Assembly: GCA_964354365.1 (NCBI GenBank)
Contig: CAYGZM010000004.1
Coordinates: 1,559 to 65,558 of the forward strand
DNA: 64,000 nt
Origin: an uncultured Pirellulales bacterium
GTDB taxonomy: Bacteria > Planctomycetota > Phycisphaerae > Sedimentisphaerales > Anaerobacaceae
Direction of reading: 5' to 3'
Shown here: one piece after another, positions 1 to 9,900 of the stretch
Numbering within the stretch: the stretch's first letter is position 1
Layout: each line of letters opens with the position of its first letter
The notes under the pieces: generated by a model
What the model was told of the DNA's origin: nothing
Databases searched by the model: none
What the model saw: the letters and a program-made list of their open reading frames with translations, nothing else
Position numbers and translations under genes: made by a program

Positions 1-24
1 CAACGTTGACGGACTAAAGGCCGT

Positions 25-3000
25 TCAGCAATTCTCCACGGATTCATAAGCCCTGATAATGTTTAGCAGTCTATTCACGTAAGTATGATGACTTTTGACT
101 ACTTCCTGCTGTTCGTAAATCATATCTCTATATCTGCCGAATGGCAGACTGAGCGTGTTGTCGATTATTTCTTCGATGCTCCGGCCCGGCACCGTGCAAC
201 CGTTGAATACCTCGTCGAACTTTCTGACGTTCGAGACGCCGAGCTGCCCGTATGAGATATTCTTCCACATCCGGCAGGGAAGATAGTCGTTTTCCACCTG
301 CCAGCGTCCGGCGATTGCCGGGGCAATGAGCGAATGGCGAACGTATCTGACGTTGAGCAAATCCGAAATGCCCTGCAGGTGAACGAATCTTATGTCCCTC
401 TTTTCGAGGACATTTTTTAGAATCTCTATCTCATTGACATTGCCCTGATTCAGCCGATCACTCCATATACTGCCGACCCAGAAGACAATGTTGCTTGGGG
501 GTCTGAGTATCGGCTCTTCAAACTCGCCGGCAAGCAGGTCCGTCGCCCAGGGCTGGAAAAGGGTGCGGGTTTTGCCGTCAAAAAACGTCACCTGGTCCCA
601 CTTTTCGCCGGCCTGCTCCGCCGAGCGTGTGTATGTCCTGAGCCTGATGTTTCTTGATGGATCAATTCTCCGATGGATATCGTCCTCGCAATTATGCAGG
701 CAATAATAGACCCCCCGCCTGATAGGCAGATAGCGGCTCGCGACATCGACGGAGATGACCAGTTCATCGCCTTCTATCACGTCTTTGTTTTCCAGCAGAT
801 CATCCACCAGAACAACGTTTGCATCGAGCCTCTTTAAGGTATTGAAGAAGTGACGATGGATGTGGGCGTGCGTATGCCCACCGGTCTTGAGGCCCCATAC
901 AACTACCTTGCTGAACTTCTCGAGTTTTCTTCGCAATTGCGTCTCAGAGCGCACGGCGTCCCCACAAGTGGCCATCAGGCCGGACCGCCTCGGCGTCCTC
1001 ACCATAGCGGCAGCCGGCGACGCCTGATTTGTAAAGTCCGCAGCCTTCCACGATTCGGAATAAAGCGAGCCTTCCTCACACGACATATCAAAGGCCTGTT
1101 CGCAGGCGCAACTGTTAAGGGTATCGACAGAGCCGCTTTGGGCCGAGCACAGTACGGGCACAACCGAGTCCGCCGCAACGAACTCCCGGCGGGTCACTCG
1201 GATTAGAAGGTCCAGCCCCGGCTCAAAATCCGGTGCCAACCTTACTACCCCTGTGGCCGCTTTCTCGGCAAGGGCTTTGTCCTCGCACTTATCCGCCGCC
1301 TGCGCCAGGCACCATAGGACCTGCTTGTGATCACAAAATGACTTTACCGCCTGCATGAATTCCTGCTCTGCCCGGCCAAAGATGCCCTGCTGAAAACAGG
1401 CAAGGCCGCGCCAAAAGCTCTCAATGCCCGAACCAATCTTTTGCAGACCGGCGGGCACATCGAACGCCTCAGAGAAATCATCCCGCCACAACAGACGCAT
1501 CGGCCCGGGCATCTCATCGCCGGCAAAATGGCTCCAGCGTCGCCGGCACAGCTCTATGTCACGACCGCCTGCATCGGCGTTTGTTTGTTTCTGTGCGTCG
1601 AGCAGATCATTGTGAGTAACGAAACACCCCGGCAGTGGAATAAGCTGCTGGCCGGCCTCGTAAAGCTTATGGCACAAATCGGTATCGGCGCAATAGAACC
1701 TGTAGGCTTCGTCAAAACCGCCCACCCGCCTGAAGCTCTCTAACCTGACCAGACCATAGTTCATCAGCAGCCTGGCCCCATCCGTAAAATCAATACCGTA
1801 TTCGGCCCAATCCTGCCTCGTCGGACGAGGGTTCCTGTAGAAAAATATCCCGCCAGCCACTTGCTCCTTCTGCCTTTTCAGCAGCTCCATCGCCCGAACA
1901 ACCGCACCCGGACCGAATACGATATCGTCACTGGCGTACATTGCCCACTTGCCCCGGGCCTTGGAAAAACCAAAATTATAGAGCTGCGGCCATGAGTGCC
2001 TCTGCGGTCCCAGCCATTCCGACTCGCTATAGACTCCTGTCACACCGTGTTTGCACAATACATCCAGCGTGTTGTCGCGAGAGCCGCCTTTGACCACAAT
2101 CAGCTCGTAAGCTACGCCCGCCGCGGCCTCTTCAAGACTATCGAGCATCTCATCCAGCAGCTCGGCCCTGTCCTTCGTGCAAAGAACAATGCTCAGGTCG
2201 CATTGCTTCTCCGGCTCATCCCCGCCAGGCCCATCGGCCACTTGGCGGGTGGCCCGTGGGGCCGCGCACTGTATCGCCGAATCGGTATTGTGGATGAGAA
2301 TATCTATTTTCTTCTTGACCAGCCCGGCGCCATCCCGCCGGACCGGCGGCCTGTTTGCGGCATACCCAATCCTCAGACTCTTTTTTTCCAGAAACTCAAG
2401 GATCGAGCTGGAAAAAACATGCGGCAGCATCTTGTCGTCTCTGCCGCTCCACCTGGTGTCCCCATTGTGATTCGTGTAAAAGATATTTGCCAAGAGCGCC
2501 CACGGGTTCGTGTCGGGATCTTCGTAAAAGTTCTCGCTGGCCTTATCAATCAAATATGCGAAGCACTTTTGCGCCAGACTGATCCATTGCTTGTGGTCCC
2601 ATCTGAAGCGGTGCCTGACGTGATACGCAAACGGCCCAACAACTCTCTTTATTTGGAACCCCTCCAGGGCGGCAATCAACGGCGCCCAGTAGTCCCACCA
2701 GGGCGCTCCTACACAGAATTCAGTTTTTGGGATATGCGGTATGAGTGATTTATGAAAAAAGAAGAAGTCGAATCCCTGCTCATAAACTTCGCCTTCTAAA
2801 ACCTCAAGGGAATCCACGTTTATTCTTGACCCATAGACAAGAGACCCTCTTGCCTGGCTTTTGATGAAAGAGATAATGCCTTCGTCACCTGCCAGGAAAA
2901 TATCCGAATTTACAATCCCCCCGAATTCAAAATCGCCCTGGCGAAAATATTCCAGAAAGTCGTCAAAATATATAAGCGGTTTGCCAAAGACCTCTCTTGC

Positions 3001-4458
3001 GTCCCGCTTTGCGGGGACAAACTCGACTTGCGGAAATGATTCCCTAAGTGCGTCGATTTCTTCAATGCAGTTTATCGAAACGGGTCTAAAGCCGAGCTTT
3101 GCCCAGCTTTCTATTGCCCTTGCCTGCTTTTCAATTTCTTTCGGAGCTATGCTCGTTGCAATAGTCAGCCGGGCGTCCGGTTGTGTCTCAACGTCGGACC
3201 GGCGCCAGGCATCCGGCAATCCCGCCGACTGCGGTGTGTGAACGTCGAAACTATCTCCACAGTCCGCTGTGGCATTGCCGCGGCCCTCGACCGGGACGAT
3301 CTCTATATTGTCGGTTCCCAGGAACTGCTCAAACGTCTTCCATTTAGGCAACCCGGCCCGCGCCTCCCACAACGAATTGCCCTGCATAAAGACGCGAATC
3401 TTCTGCGAAGACTCCTCAAAACTCCGCTGAACGGCCTCAGTGACCACTTCCGTCGCAACGTCCTTGACACAATGCGAGCTTCTGTATCGGCAGCTCCAAT
3501 TACACCCAAAACACTCCAACGGCAGGCAGGCAACCGACGTCAACGGTGAATAGGGCATGAAACGCCCGAAGTGTCCGCCGCCCAGCAGAATCACATTAGG
3601 CGTTCCCACCGCGCAGGAAATGTGCGCCAGGCCCGTTTCCGCCCCGACCGCCAGCCGGCAGCGCTTGAGGATTGCGCAGGACTGCAAAATGGTTGTCCTG
3701 CCGCTTAAGTTTATCGTCCTTACGCCAATCGCATTCAGGTTCCTCTGGTTGATGTCACGGTCCTGCTCGGTTCCCAACGCGATTACCGTAAGCCGGTTGG
3801 CCCTGCAGAACTCCGACATCGCCTGGCCGTATCCCTCGTACACGCGGCATTCATACTGGGCGCCGGCAAACAGGGCGATTGTCCCGGCCGGATCGAGCCC
3901 GTTTTCCCCAAACAGCCTGTCGGCAAACGCCTCATCCTCCTGTTTCATCCAGACGACGGGCCGCAGCCCCGGCGCCTCAATATCCAGCCCTCTTAGGAAA
4001 TCCCGGTGCCGCTCAAGCTCGAGCTTCTGTCCTCCGGGGCTTGGCAGCAGGTCGGTGTAGAATTGATTGTGCATGCTTCTGCGCTCGGGCGAAATGTTGC
4101 ACAGATTGCCCTCGAGTGCGACGCGCCGCTCGGCCCCGCACTTTATCGCAAACCAATCCGTCAGGGCCTCACGCGAATACACCGAATTCAAGGATAGCTG
4201 CGGCTTCAACATCCGCAATCGCGCCGTAATCTCCAGGCGGTACCGTTCGTCCTCCAGAACCCTTTTCCTGTTGAACACCACAACCTCATCCACGTATGGA
4301 CACGCCTCGTATAGCTCGCCGATATGCTCCTGACAGACAACGACTATCCTGGCGCCCTCGTACTTCCGCCGGATGTACGGCAGCATCGACGCCGACAGGA
4401 CCGCATCACCTATCGAATCCGGCCTCACCCAAACTATGTTCCTGATGTTGTCTATCAT
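25..4458 (-). CDS. Giant (1477 aa) multidomain glycosyltransferase: GT9 heptosyltransferase-like N-domain, uncharacterised central module, GT2 domain, TPR-like linker, uncharacterised C-terminal domain
   Basis: Uninterrupted 4.4-kb ORF. The N-terminus (IVWVRPDSIGDAVLSASMLPYIRRKY ... GAETGLAHISCAVGTPNVILLGGGHFGRF) is typical of the GT9 ADP-heptose transferase fold. Residues about 755-990 (DLSIVLCTKDRAELL ... YELIVVKGGSRDNT) give a GT2/GT-A signature. It is separated by only 3 nt from the upstream gene. Confidence 0.7.
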   Translation of the reverse strand: MIDNIRNIVWVRPDSIGDAVLSASMLPYIRRKYEGARIVVVCQEHIGELYEACPYVDEVVVFNRKRVLEDERYRLEITARLRMLKPQLSLNSVYSREALTDWFAIKCGAERRVALEGNLCNISPERRSMHNQFYTDLLPSPGGQKLELERHRDFLRGLDIEAPGLRPVVWMKQEDEAFADRLFGENGLDPAGTIALFAGAQYECRVYEGYGQAMSEFCRANRLTVIALGTEQDRDINQRNLNAIGVRTINLSGRTTILQSCAILKRCRLAVGAETGLAHISCAVGTPNVILLGGGHFGRFMPYSPLTSVACLPLECFGCNWSCRYRSSHCVKDVATEVVTEAVQRSFEESSQKIRVFMQGNSLWEARAGLPKWKTFEQFLGTDNIEIVPVEGRGNATADCGDSFDVHTPQSAGLPDAWRRSDVETQPDARLTIATSIAPKEIEKQARAIESWAKLGFRPVSINCIEEIDALRESFPQVEFVPAKRDAREVFGKPLIYFDDFLEYFRQGDFEFGGIVNSDIFLAGDEGIISFIKSQARGSLVYGSRINVDSLEVLEGEVYEQGFDFFFFHKSLIPHIPKTEFCVGAPWWDYWAPLIAALEGFQIKRVVGPFAYHVRHRFRWDHKQWISLAQKCFAYLIDKASENFYEDPDTNPWALLANIFYTNHNGDTRWSGRDDKMLPHVFSSSILEFLEKKSLRIGYAANRPPVRRDGAGLVKKKIDILIHNTDSAIQCAAPRATRQVADGPGGDEPEKQCDLSIVLCTKDRAELLDEMLDSLEEAAAGVAYELIVVKGGSRDNTLDVLCKHGVTGVYSESEWLGPQRHSWPQLYNFGFSKARGKWAMYASDDIVFGPGAVVRAMELLKRQKEQVAGGIFFYRNPRPTRQDWAEYGIDFTDGARLLMNYGLVRLESFRRVGGFDEAYRFYCADTDLCHKLYEAGQQLIPLPGCFVTHNDLLDAQKQTNADAGGRDIELCRRRWSHFAGDEMPGPMRLLWRDDFSEAFDVPAGLQKIGSGIESFWRGLACFQQGIFGRAEQEFMQAVKSFCDHKQVLWCLAQAADKCEDKALAEKAATGVVRLAPDFEPGLDLLIRVTRREFVAADSVVPVLCSAQSGSVDTLNSCACEQAFDMSCEEGSLYSESWKAADFTNQASPAAAMVRTPRRSGLMATCGDAVRSETQLRRKLEKFSKVVVWGLKTGGHTHAHIHRHFFNTLKRLDANVVLVDDLLENKDVIEGDELVISVDVASRYLPIRRGVYYCLHNCEDDIHRRIDPSRNIRLRTYTRSAEQAGEKWDQVTFFDGKTRTLFQPWATDLLAGEFEEPILRPPSNIVFWVGSIWSDRLNQGNVNEIEILKNVLEKRDIRFVHLQGISDLLNVRYVRHSLIAPAIAGRWQVENDYLPCRMWKNISYGQLGVSNVRKFDEVFNGCTVPGRSIEEIIDNTLSLPFGRYRDMIYEQQEVVKSHHTYVNRLLNIIRAYESVENC

Positions 4459-4461
4459 CTC

Positions 4462-6945
4462 TTACCTGGCATGGGAATTCGACACCACATAATGGTTCGA
4501 AGTCTGTTCGCTTTGCCGCAGAATCGCCAAGCCCTGTTTATCCAACGGAGAATGCCTCAGAGCGCGTTTTGCAATCCCGCCGGCCTTCTCGGCTTGTCCT
4601 CCGGCGGTATAATAGGCGGCCAGCTCGCACATGGCAGTTACACAGGACGGCTCGACAACAAGCGCACGCTGCCAAAGCTGAGCTGCTTCATCATATCTCT
4701 GACATGATTTGAGAAAATCAGCTCCACGAAGCAACGCTCCCAAGTCGTTGCGATACACATCACAATATGTCGTAACGGCATTCATAACCAGCGATGCAGC
4801 CCTCTCGCGCTCGGCCCGCACCCGCTGTGACCGGCTGATCACATACTCAATTCCGGCACGCAAGTTCTTCTCGAAAGCCTGCTGCGAGTAGTCCCTCAAT
4901 GCAGCCTGCCTGACCTTTATCGAGTGCTCGCGATGCCATTCCGCGGGCTTTGCAGTAAGCTCGCGCACCGTCCGGACTATTTCCTCCACGGAATCATTTT
5001 GCAGCATTATCCCGAAATCATCGACGTCTATAGTGACGTCACGGCTGACAATCGGAATAAGCCCCTGATTCATACATTGAACTACTCCCCCCGAAGATCC
5101 TTCCGCGCATGACACAAAGATAGTGCAGTTGCACAGATTCATCAGCTTGTAGAAGAGGGGCGACCGCAGTTCCACCCAGTCCACAAAATGTATATTGGGA
5201 TGTCCAGCCAAGATTTGCCCGTACACCTCCGCGAAACCCGGCTCTAAACGTCCGGCACACCACAGCTCTGCATCTAATTGCATGAAGGCCTCAACTAACA
5301 GGTCGAGACCTTTGTGCACGTTACCAGCGGAGCCGAAGTAGAGAAAATGTCGGCGGCCGGACTCAAAATCCTTGCTCGAAGGATTATAGTGGTCGTCCGC
5401 ATAGCACCCGTTATTAAGGTTAAAGCAAACCGGAAATTGTCTATAGCTTTCCGCCGCATGACTGTTGCCGAGACATACGATCCCATCAGCATCATGGCAC
5501 GCAAACTCTTCACTGTGTTGTATCCACCGGTCATACGGCAGACGCACGCCGCGCCTTCTCTCAAGGTCGGCAAATCTCTCGGCCTCCCGCCGATTGAACT
5601 GCCGCCAGTATATTCCTGTCGCAAAGTATATCTTCACGGCCTGACCGACGACGTTCCTGCTTAGATACTCCCAATTGGCGCCGGCATGGCCGACGAAAAG
5701 GTCGTACACCTTGTCACTCTTGAAGTCCATGCAGGTCCAATCGATCAAATCAACAACATAGCCCATCTCTACCAGAACCTTGACCATGCTCCGGGCAATA
5801 CCCGCGTTACTGAACATATGCGGGTGATACTTCAGCCCCATCCTTATCGGGGCGGTAATATAGGAAACCAGCGCGTTTCCCTTTGTCGCCGTCGGCACAG
5901 ACCTGGAGCTTCGGCATGTTCCGGGCATCGCCGGGCTATTGCTCCTGAATGCGGCAGCAGAATCCGACATTACATCCGGATGTGTACCTGTAAACGGCTC
6001 AGTGCGCGATTGCTCATCACCAAGCCAGACGGGGTACCTGCTTTCTATCTCCTCCCGATTCTGCGGATTCCACTTGAGAAAACATTCATTGTACCAGCCC
6101 TGCCGGTCGTAGCCCTGAAAGTTCGCATTCCTGTCCATCCTGCCGTAGTAGTCATTCTTCTGCTTGACCTGGCTGTCCAGAATGTAGTTGTAATGATACA
6201 TCACCAGCCCCATTCGCCTGGTCGTCGTCCCGTCCAGAAGATGCATCTGCTCGGTAGTCTTGTTCTGGCCCGGCCAGACCATTGTGGGAGGGCGATGGGA
6301 TATGAATACGGCCCCCGGGACAAACTTGAACAACCTTCGGAAGTGATTTGAAAACTCGAAGAACTTCGATGAGTAAACAATGTAATCCGGCCCCTTCCAG
6401 AAACTGTCAGGGATGAAATTCACCTGAGTAATTGACGGATCGTTCTTGAGAACCTCATTTATCTTCTCAAGATGCTCTCGCTTATAGACCTCATCGGAAT
6501 CTATCAGCCAGACGTAGTCACCAGTGACATATTTGAGCGCCTCGTTCTGCATCTCGCATTTTTCCGGCCATCTGCCCTGAATCAGCCTGACCTTTTTCTG
6601 CGGGTCAGGGAAAGATTTTATGAATTGAATCGTCCCGTCCATGCTGCCGCCATCCGGACCGGCGGCGAACATGCAGTTTTCCACCGCGCCTTCGACAATG
6701 ATTATCTCGTGGGCAAAGTCATAAACGGACTTGAGGCTGTATTCAATAAACGGCATACCGTTCAGCACGATCATCACGAACGAGAACCGCAGCTCCTTCT
6801 CTTTGAAATTCTGCCCATTCGCCCAGGCCGCCGCGGCGCCAAATCCGCCGTCGTGAATAGATGTCCTGTCCGTGTTCAACTTGGTTCCTTTTCCAGCGCC
6901 TCTAAGCAAATCACATATTCCATTCCTGTCCCGCTCTCCCCGCAA
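4462..6945 (-). CDS. Bifunctional glycosyltransferase (GT2-like + GT-B/GT4-like) with C-terminal TPR repeats, 827 aa
   Basis: Residues about 55-300 (FSFVMIVLNGMPFIEYSLKSVYDFAHEIIIVEGAV ... YVWLIDSDEVY) look GT-A with an acidic DxD-type motif. Residues about 350-690 (HFLYFGSAGNVHKGLDLLVEAF ... SCAEGSSGGVVQCMNQGLIPIV) look GT4-like. The tail (YDEAAQLWQRALVVEP ... AKRALRHSP) is TPR-like. Confidence 0.7.
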   Translation of the reverse strand: MRGERDRNGICDLLRGAGKGTKLNTDRTSIHDGGFGAAAAWANGQNFKEKELRFSFVMIVLNGMPFIEYSLKSVYDFAHEIIIVEGAVENCMFAAGPDGGSMDGTIQFIKSFPDPQKKVRLIQGRWPEKCEMQNEALKYVTGDYVWLIDSDEVYKREHLEKINEVLKNDPSITQVNFIPDSFWKGPDYIVYSSKFFEFSNHFRRLFKFVPGAVFISHRPPTMVWPGQNKTTEQMHLLDGTTTRRMGLVMYHYNYILDSQVKQKNDYYGRMDRNANFQGYDRQGWYNECFLKWNPQNREEIESRYPVWLGDEQSRTEPFTGTHPDVMSDSAAAFRSNSPAMPGTCRSSRSVPTATKGNALVSYITAPIRMGLKYHPHMFSNAGIARSMVKVLVEMGYVVDLIDWTCMDFKSDKVYDLFVGHAGANWEYLSRNVVGQAVKIYFATGIYWRQFNRREAERFADLERRRGVRLPYDRWIQHSEEFACHDADGIVCLGNSHAAESYRQFPVCFNLNNGCYADDHYNPSSKDFESGRRHFLYFGSAGNVHKGLDLLVEAFMQLDAELWCAGRLEPGFAEVYGQILAGHPNIHFVDWVELRSPLFYKLMNLCNCTIFVSCAEGSSGGVVQCMNQGLIPIVSRDVTIDVDDFGIMLQNDSVEEIVRTVRELTAKPAEWHREHSIKVRQAALRDYSQQAFEKNLRAGIEYVISRSQRVRAERERAASLVMNAVTTYCDVYRNDLGALLRGADFLKSCQRYDEAAQLWQRALVVEPSCVTAMCELAAYYTAGGQAEKAGGIAKRALRHSPLDKQGLAILRQSEQTSNHYVVSNSHAR

Positions 6946-6957
6946 GGGGCCCTCCCG

Positions 6958-9900
6958 TCAGCGCACCAGGCTTTCTCGGTATTCGTTTGCCGCCCGGTCT
7001 ATCCGCTCGAGCAGTTGCGCGGCGCCGCGATTGTCCGGGTCCAGCGACAGCTCCAACCGGCAGGCCCTCCTCGCCGAGAACATGTCTCCCGACCGGGCAT
7101 AGGCGGCAGCCAGCGCGTAATACACGTTGGGCAGCGTAGCGCAATTCATCGCCGCCTTTTCGAGGTGCTTGACGGCCCGCAGCGCATCGCCTTCATTCAA
7201 ACAGCGAAAACCTTCCCTGAAAAGTTCCTCGGCAGCCGGCCTATTCTCCATCTCCAGACAATCCAATAACAGCTTCGCAGCGTTCCTTGCCGAGCCTAAT
7301 ACCACCTCCCTCTTGGCGGCAGACAGCAGCCCAGCGCGGAGGCCGGCATCCATCTGCCGCCCAAGAGCCTCGCACTGCCCTGCGACGATTTCGGGCGCCT
7401 GGTGATACGAGCTTTCGATACATTTGAGGGCTGCCGAGAGGTTATCTCCCTTGAGAAACTCGCTTATGGGCCTCAGGGCAATGCCGGCGGGCGTCAGCTC
7501 CCAGGCGGCGTGGGACGTATATGCAAAAGAGGTATCGTTCCCGGCCAACTCCAGATTTCGCCGCACCTCAATATCGAAACTCCTGGCCTTTTTGCCGCCC
7601 GGGACGTGCGAGAAGTCGTGGTTCTGATGAATGATTGTGACCTTGCTGCTTGCATCAATGACCGGCCGGCCCGCCAGCAACGCCTCTCGAACAAGCCAGT
7701 TGTCCCATACATTCCGCCCCAGCGCCAGCGGCGGAATTTCCGGCCACAGACCCTTCTTGAAGGCGAAATAGTCGATGCCCGTCGGCGCGTGGTAAGCGCC
7801 CTCTCGCCCGGCCCGGTCCATCAGCCGCTGCTGCCAGTCTTCTGCGCCAAAATCAATTTCCTGCGAAATATCAATATCCCACCGCCGACCAACCATCAAA
7901 AATTGACTGAACCGCCGGGCGACATTCCCAATTGCTTCGGTGAAATTATCCATAAGGATTATGTCGGCGTTGACATAGACGCATATCTCATTCGACGCGG
8001 CGGCCTGAGCCTTTTGAAATATATCGTCGAGCAGCGGTGTCCCGAATTCATTCCGCTCCACATTTGGAATATGCCTGCAACCGTACCTGCGAGCGGCATC
8101 AGCGACCCCATCATCGTCTCCCAGAAGAATGATTTCAGGACTTGGCATCAACCGCATCCAACTCCTTATCGCGTTTCTCTGGATCGTTGCAAAGAGACCC
8201 GTAAATCCCTTGGGCATCGCAAAAATGGTGAAACCTTTAAGCTGACCCTGCCGAGCCTGCTTTGAAATACGACCCTGTTCTCCGGCTGCATGATTCTTTA
8301 CATCTTCATAGAGAATCCGGGCGTTCGGATGAGCAAAACTGCTGCTGACCTCCGCCTCCAGCATCTTCGCGGCCAAATCAAATCGGCCAAGTCTCACAAG
8401 ACACACACCCATCCCGTAGAACGCCCCACTGATGTTTGATGTAAGACCAGCCGCCCGATTCAAACAGCCCAGGGCTTGGTCTATACGGCTTGCCGCAAAC
8501 AATTCAATCGCACGCCGGCACAACGCCCCCGCCTGTTGACCGGCTGCAACATCTTTCTCTTCGTAAATACATATTTGGTCCACGGGGTTATGATGCAGAT
8601 TCCCCGTAAGGCTATTGAATCCCTCTAAATCGAAACCCTCCCCGGCCGTGTTTGCAGGACCCGCGGGGCACTCAAACATTACCACCTTGCCGCCCGGTTC
8701 GAAAATCAAGTCGACCTTGTTGCGATTCACCCACTCCATCAGCGGCACTATTTCCGGAAAGCCTATGAAGAAGCCCCCTTTCCAGTAGGGCGCATAATGA
8801 CCCTCAAAACAGCCAAGATAATCGATCTCCTTGTCAACAACCTGCTTGAAGAATTCTGAAACGCTACGCTCCGACACTTGCTCACTGCAATACCACAAGT
8901 CATCCACCGCTATCACGTGACTTCGCGGCAAGGCCGGCACGGCATTATTGAGAACATGTGCCATAATCGGAGCATTTGGGGTGTCATGCGCATCAACATA
9001 AAGTATGAGTCTATCCTCTTCAGACCAGAGCCGCCTGAAGTCCGTTTTCAGAATGTCTTGTTCAAGAAGTCTTACTCCGGACAGTTCAACAGGAAGGACT
9101 TTTTGGCTTCTAAACAGTGGCTTGAATGACAAATCAATAGCAATCACTTCTGCTTTGCTTTTAGCCGCAAGCCAGGCACGCAATGAAAGACCCGAAAGGG
9201 TGCCCAACTCTACGATCCTGGTAGGCTCGTATCTATGAACGAGATCGAGCAGCATATTCAGCGATTTAGGAGTCTGGTCACGGTAATAGAGACGATTTTG
9301 AGTTAATGCCAGTGTATCAATCCATTCTTGAAACGGTTTGCGGTCATTATCCTGCGAAATTACGTTCCTGTTTGTCATCTGGCCTTTCCATCGGCCGCTA
9401 ATCACGTATTCCTTAAATTCAGTCTGTGCATAGCCCCAGTGTTCATTATTATTTGTTATTGGCTTACCAGCCTCTATCATCTGCCGGCACCAGACAAGGT
9501 ATTCTTTTTGATAGTCGAGACCCAGCCGTGACAGAGCTACGGCTCGGCAGGTCGGACAACGTTCCGTTGTGAGTTTCTGTTTGGCCTCATCACTAACAGC
9601 CCAGCTCATATCATGCTCAATGTGGTAAATTCTCATAGGCTCGGGCAAAATAACCTGATGCAGGCCGCTGACATAGGCCATATGTAGTAGTAGCCCATCT
9701 ACATAAATAGACCATTTTCGCAGTTCCGGATAAGCTCTGAACAAATGCCAATTAGTACGTGACATCAGCGTGAAATCACCACATCCATTCGTATGCAGCT
9801 TTTTATCCTTACTGTCATAAATGAAGTGGTCCGATTCCATTTCCGATATTTTCTTGGTACCATATAGCCCATGAACACGCACAATATTGTTCCGGCAAAA

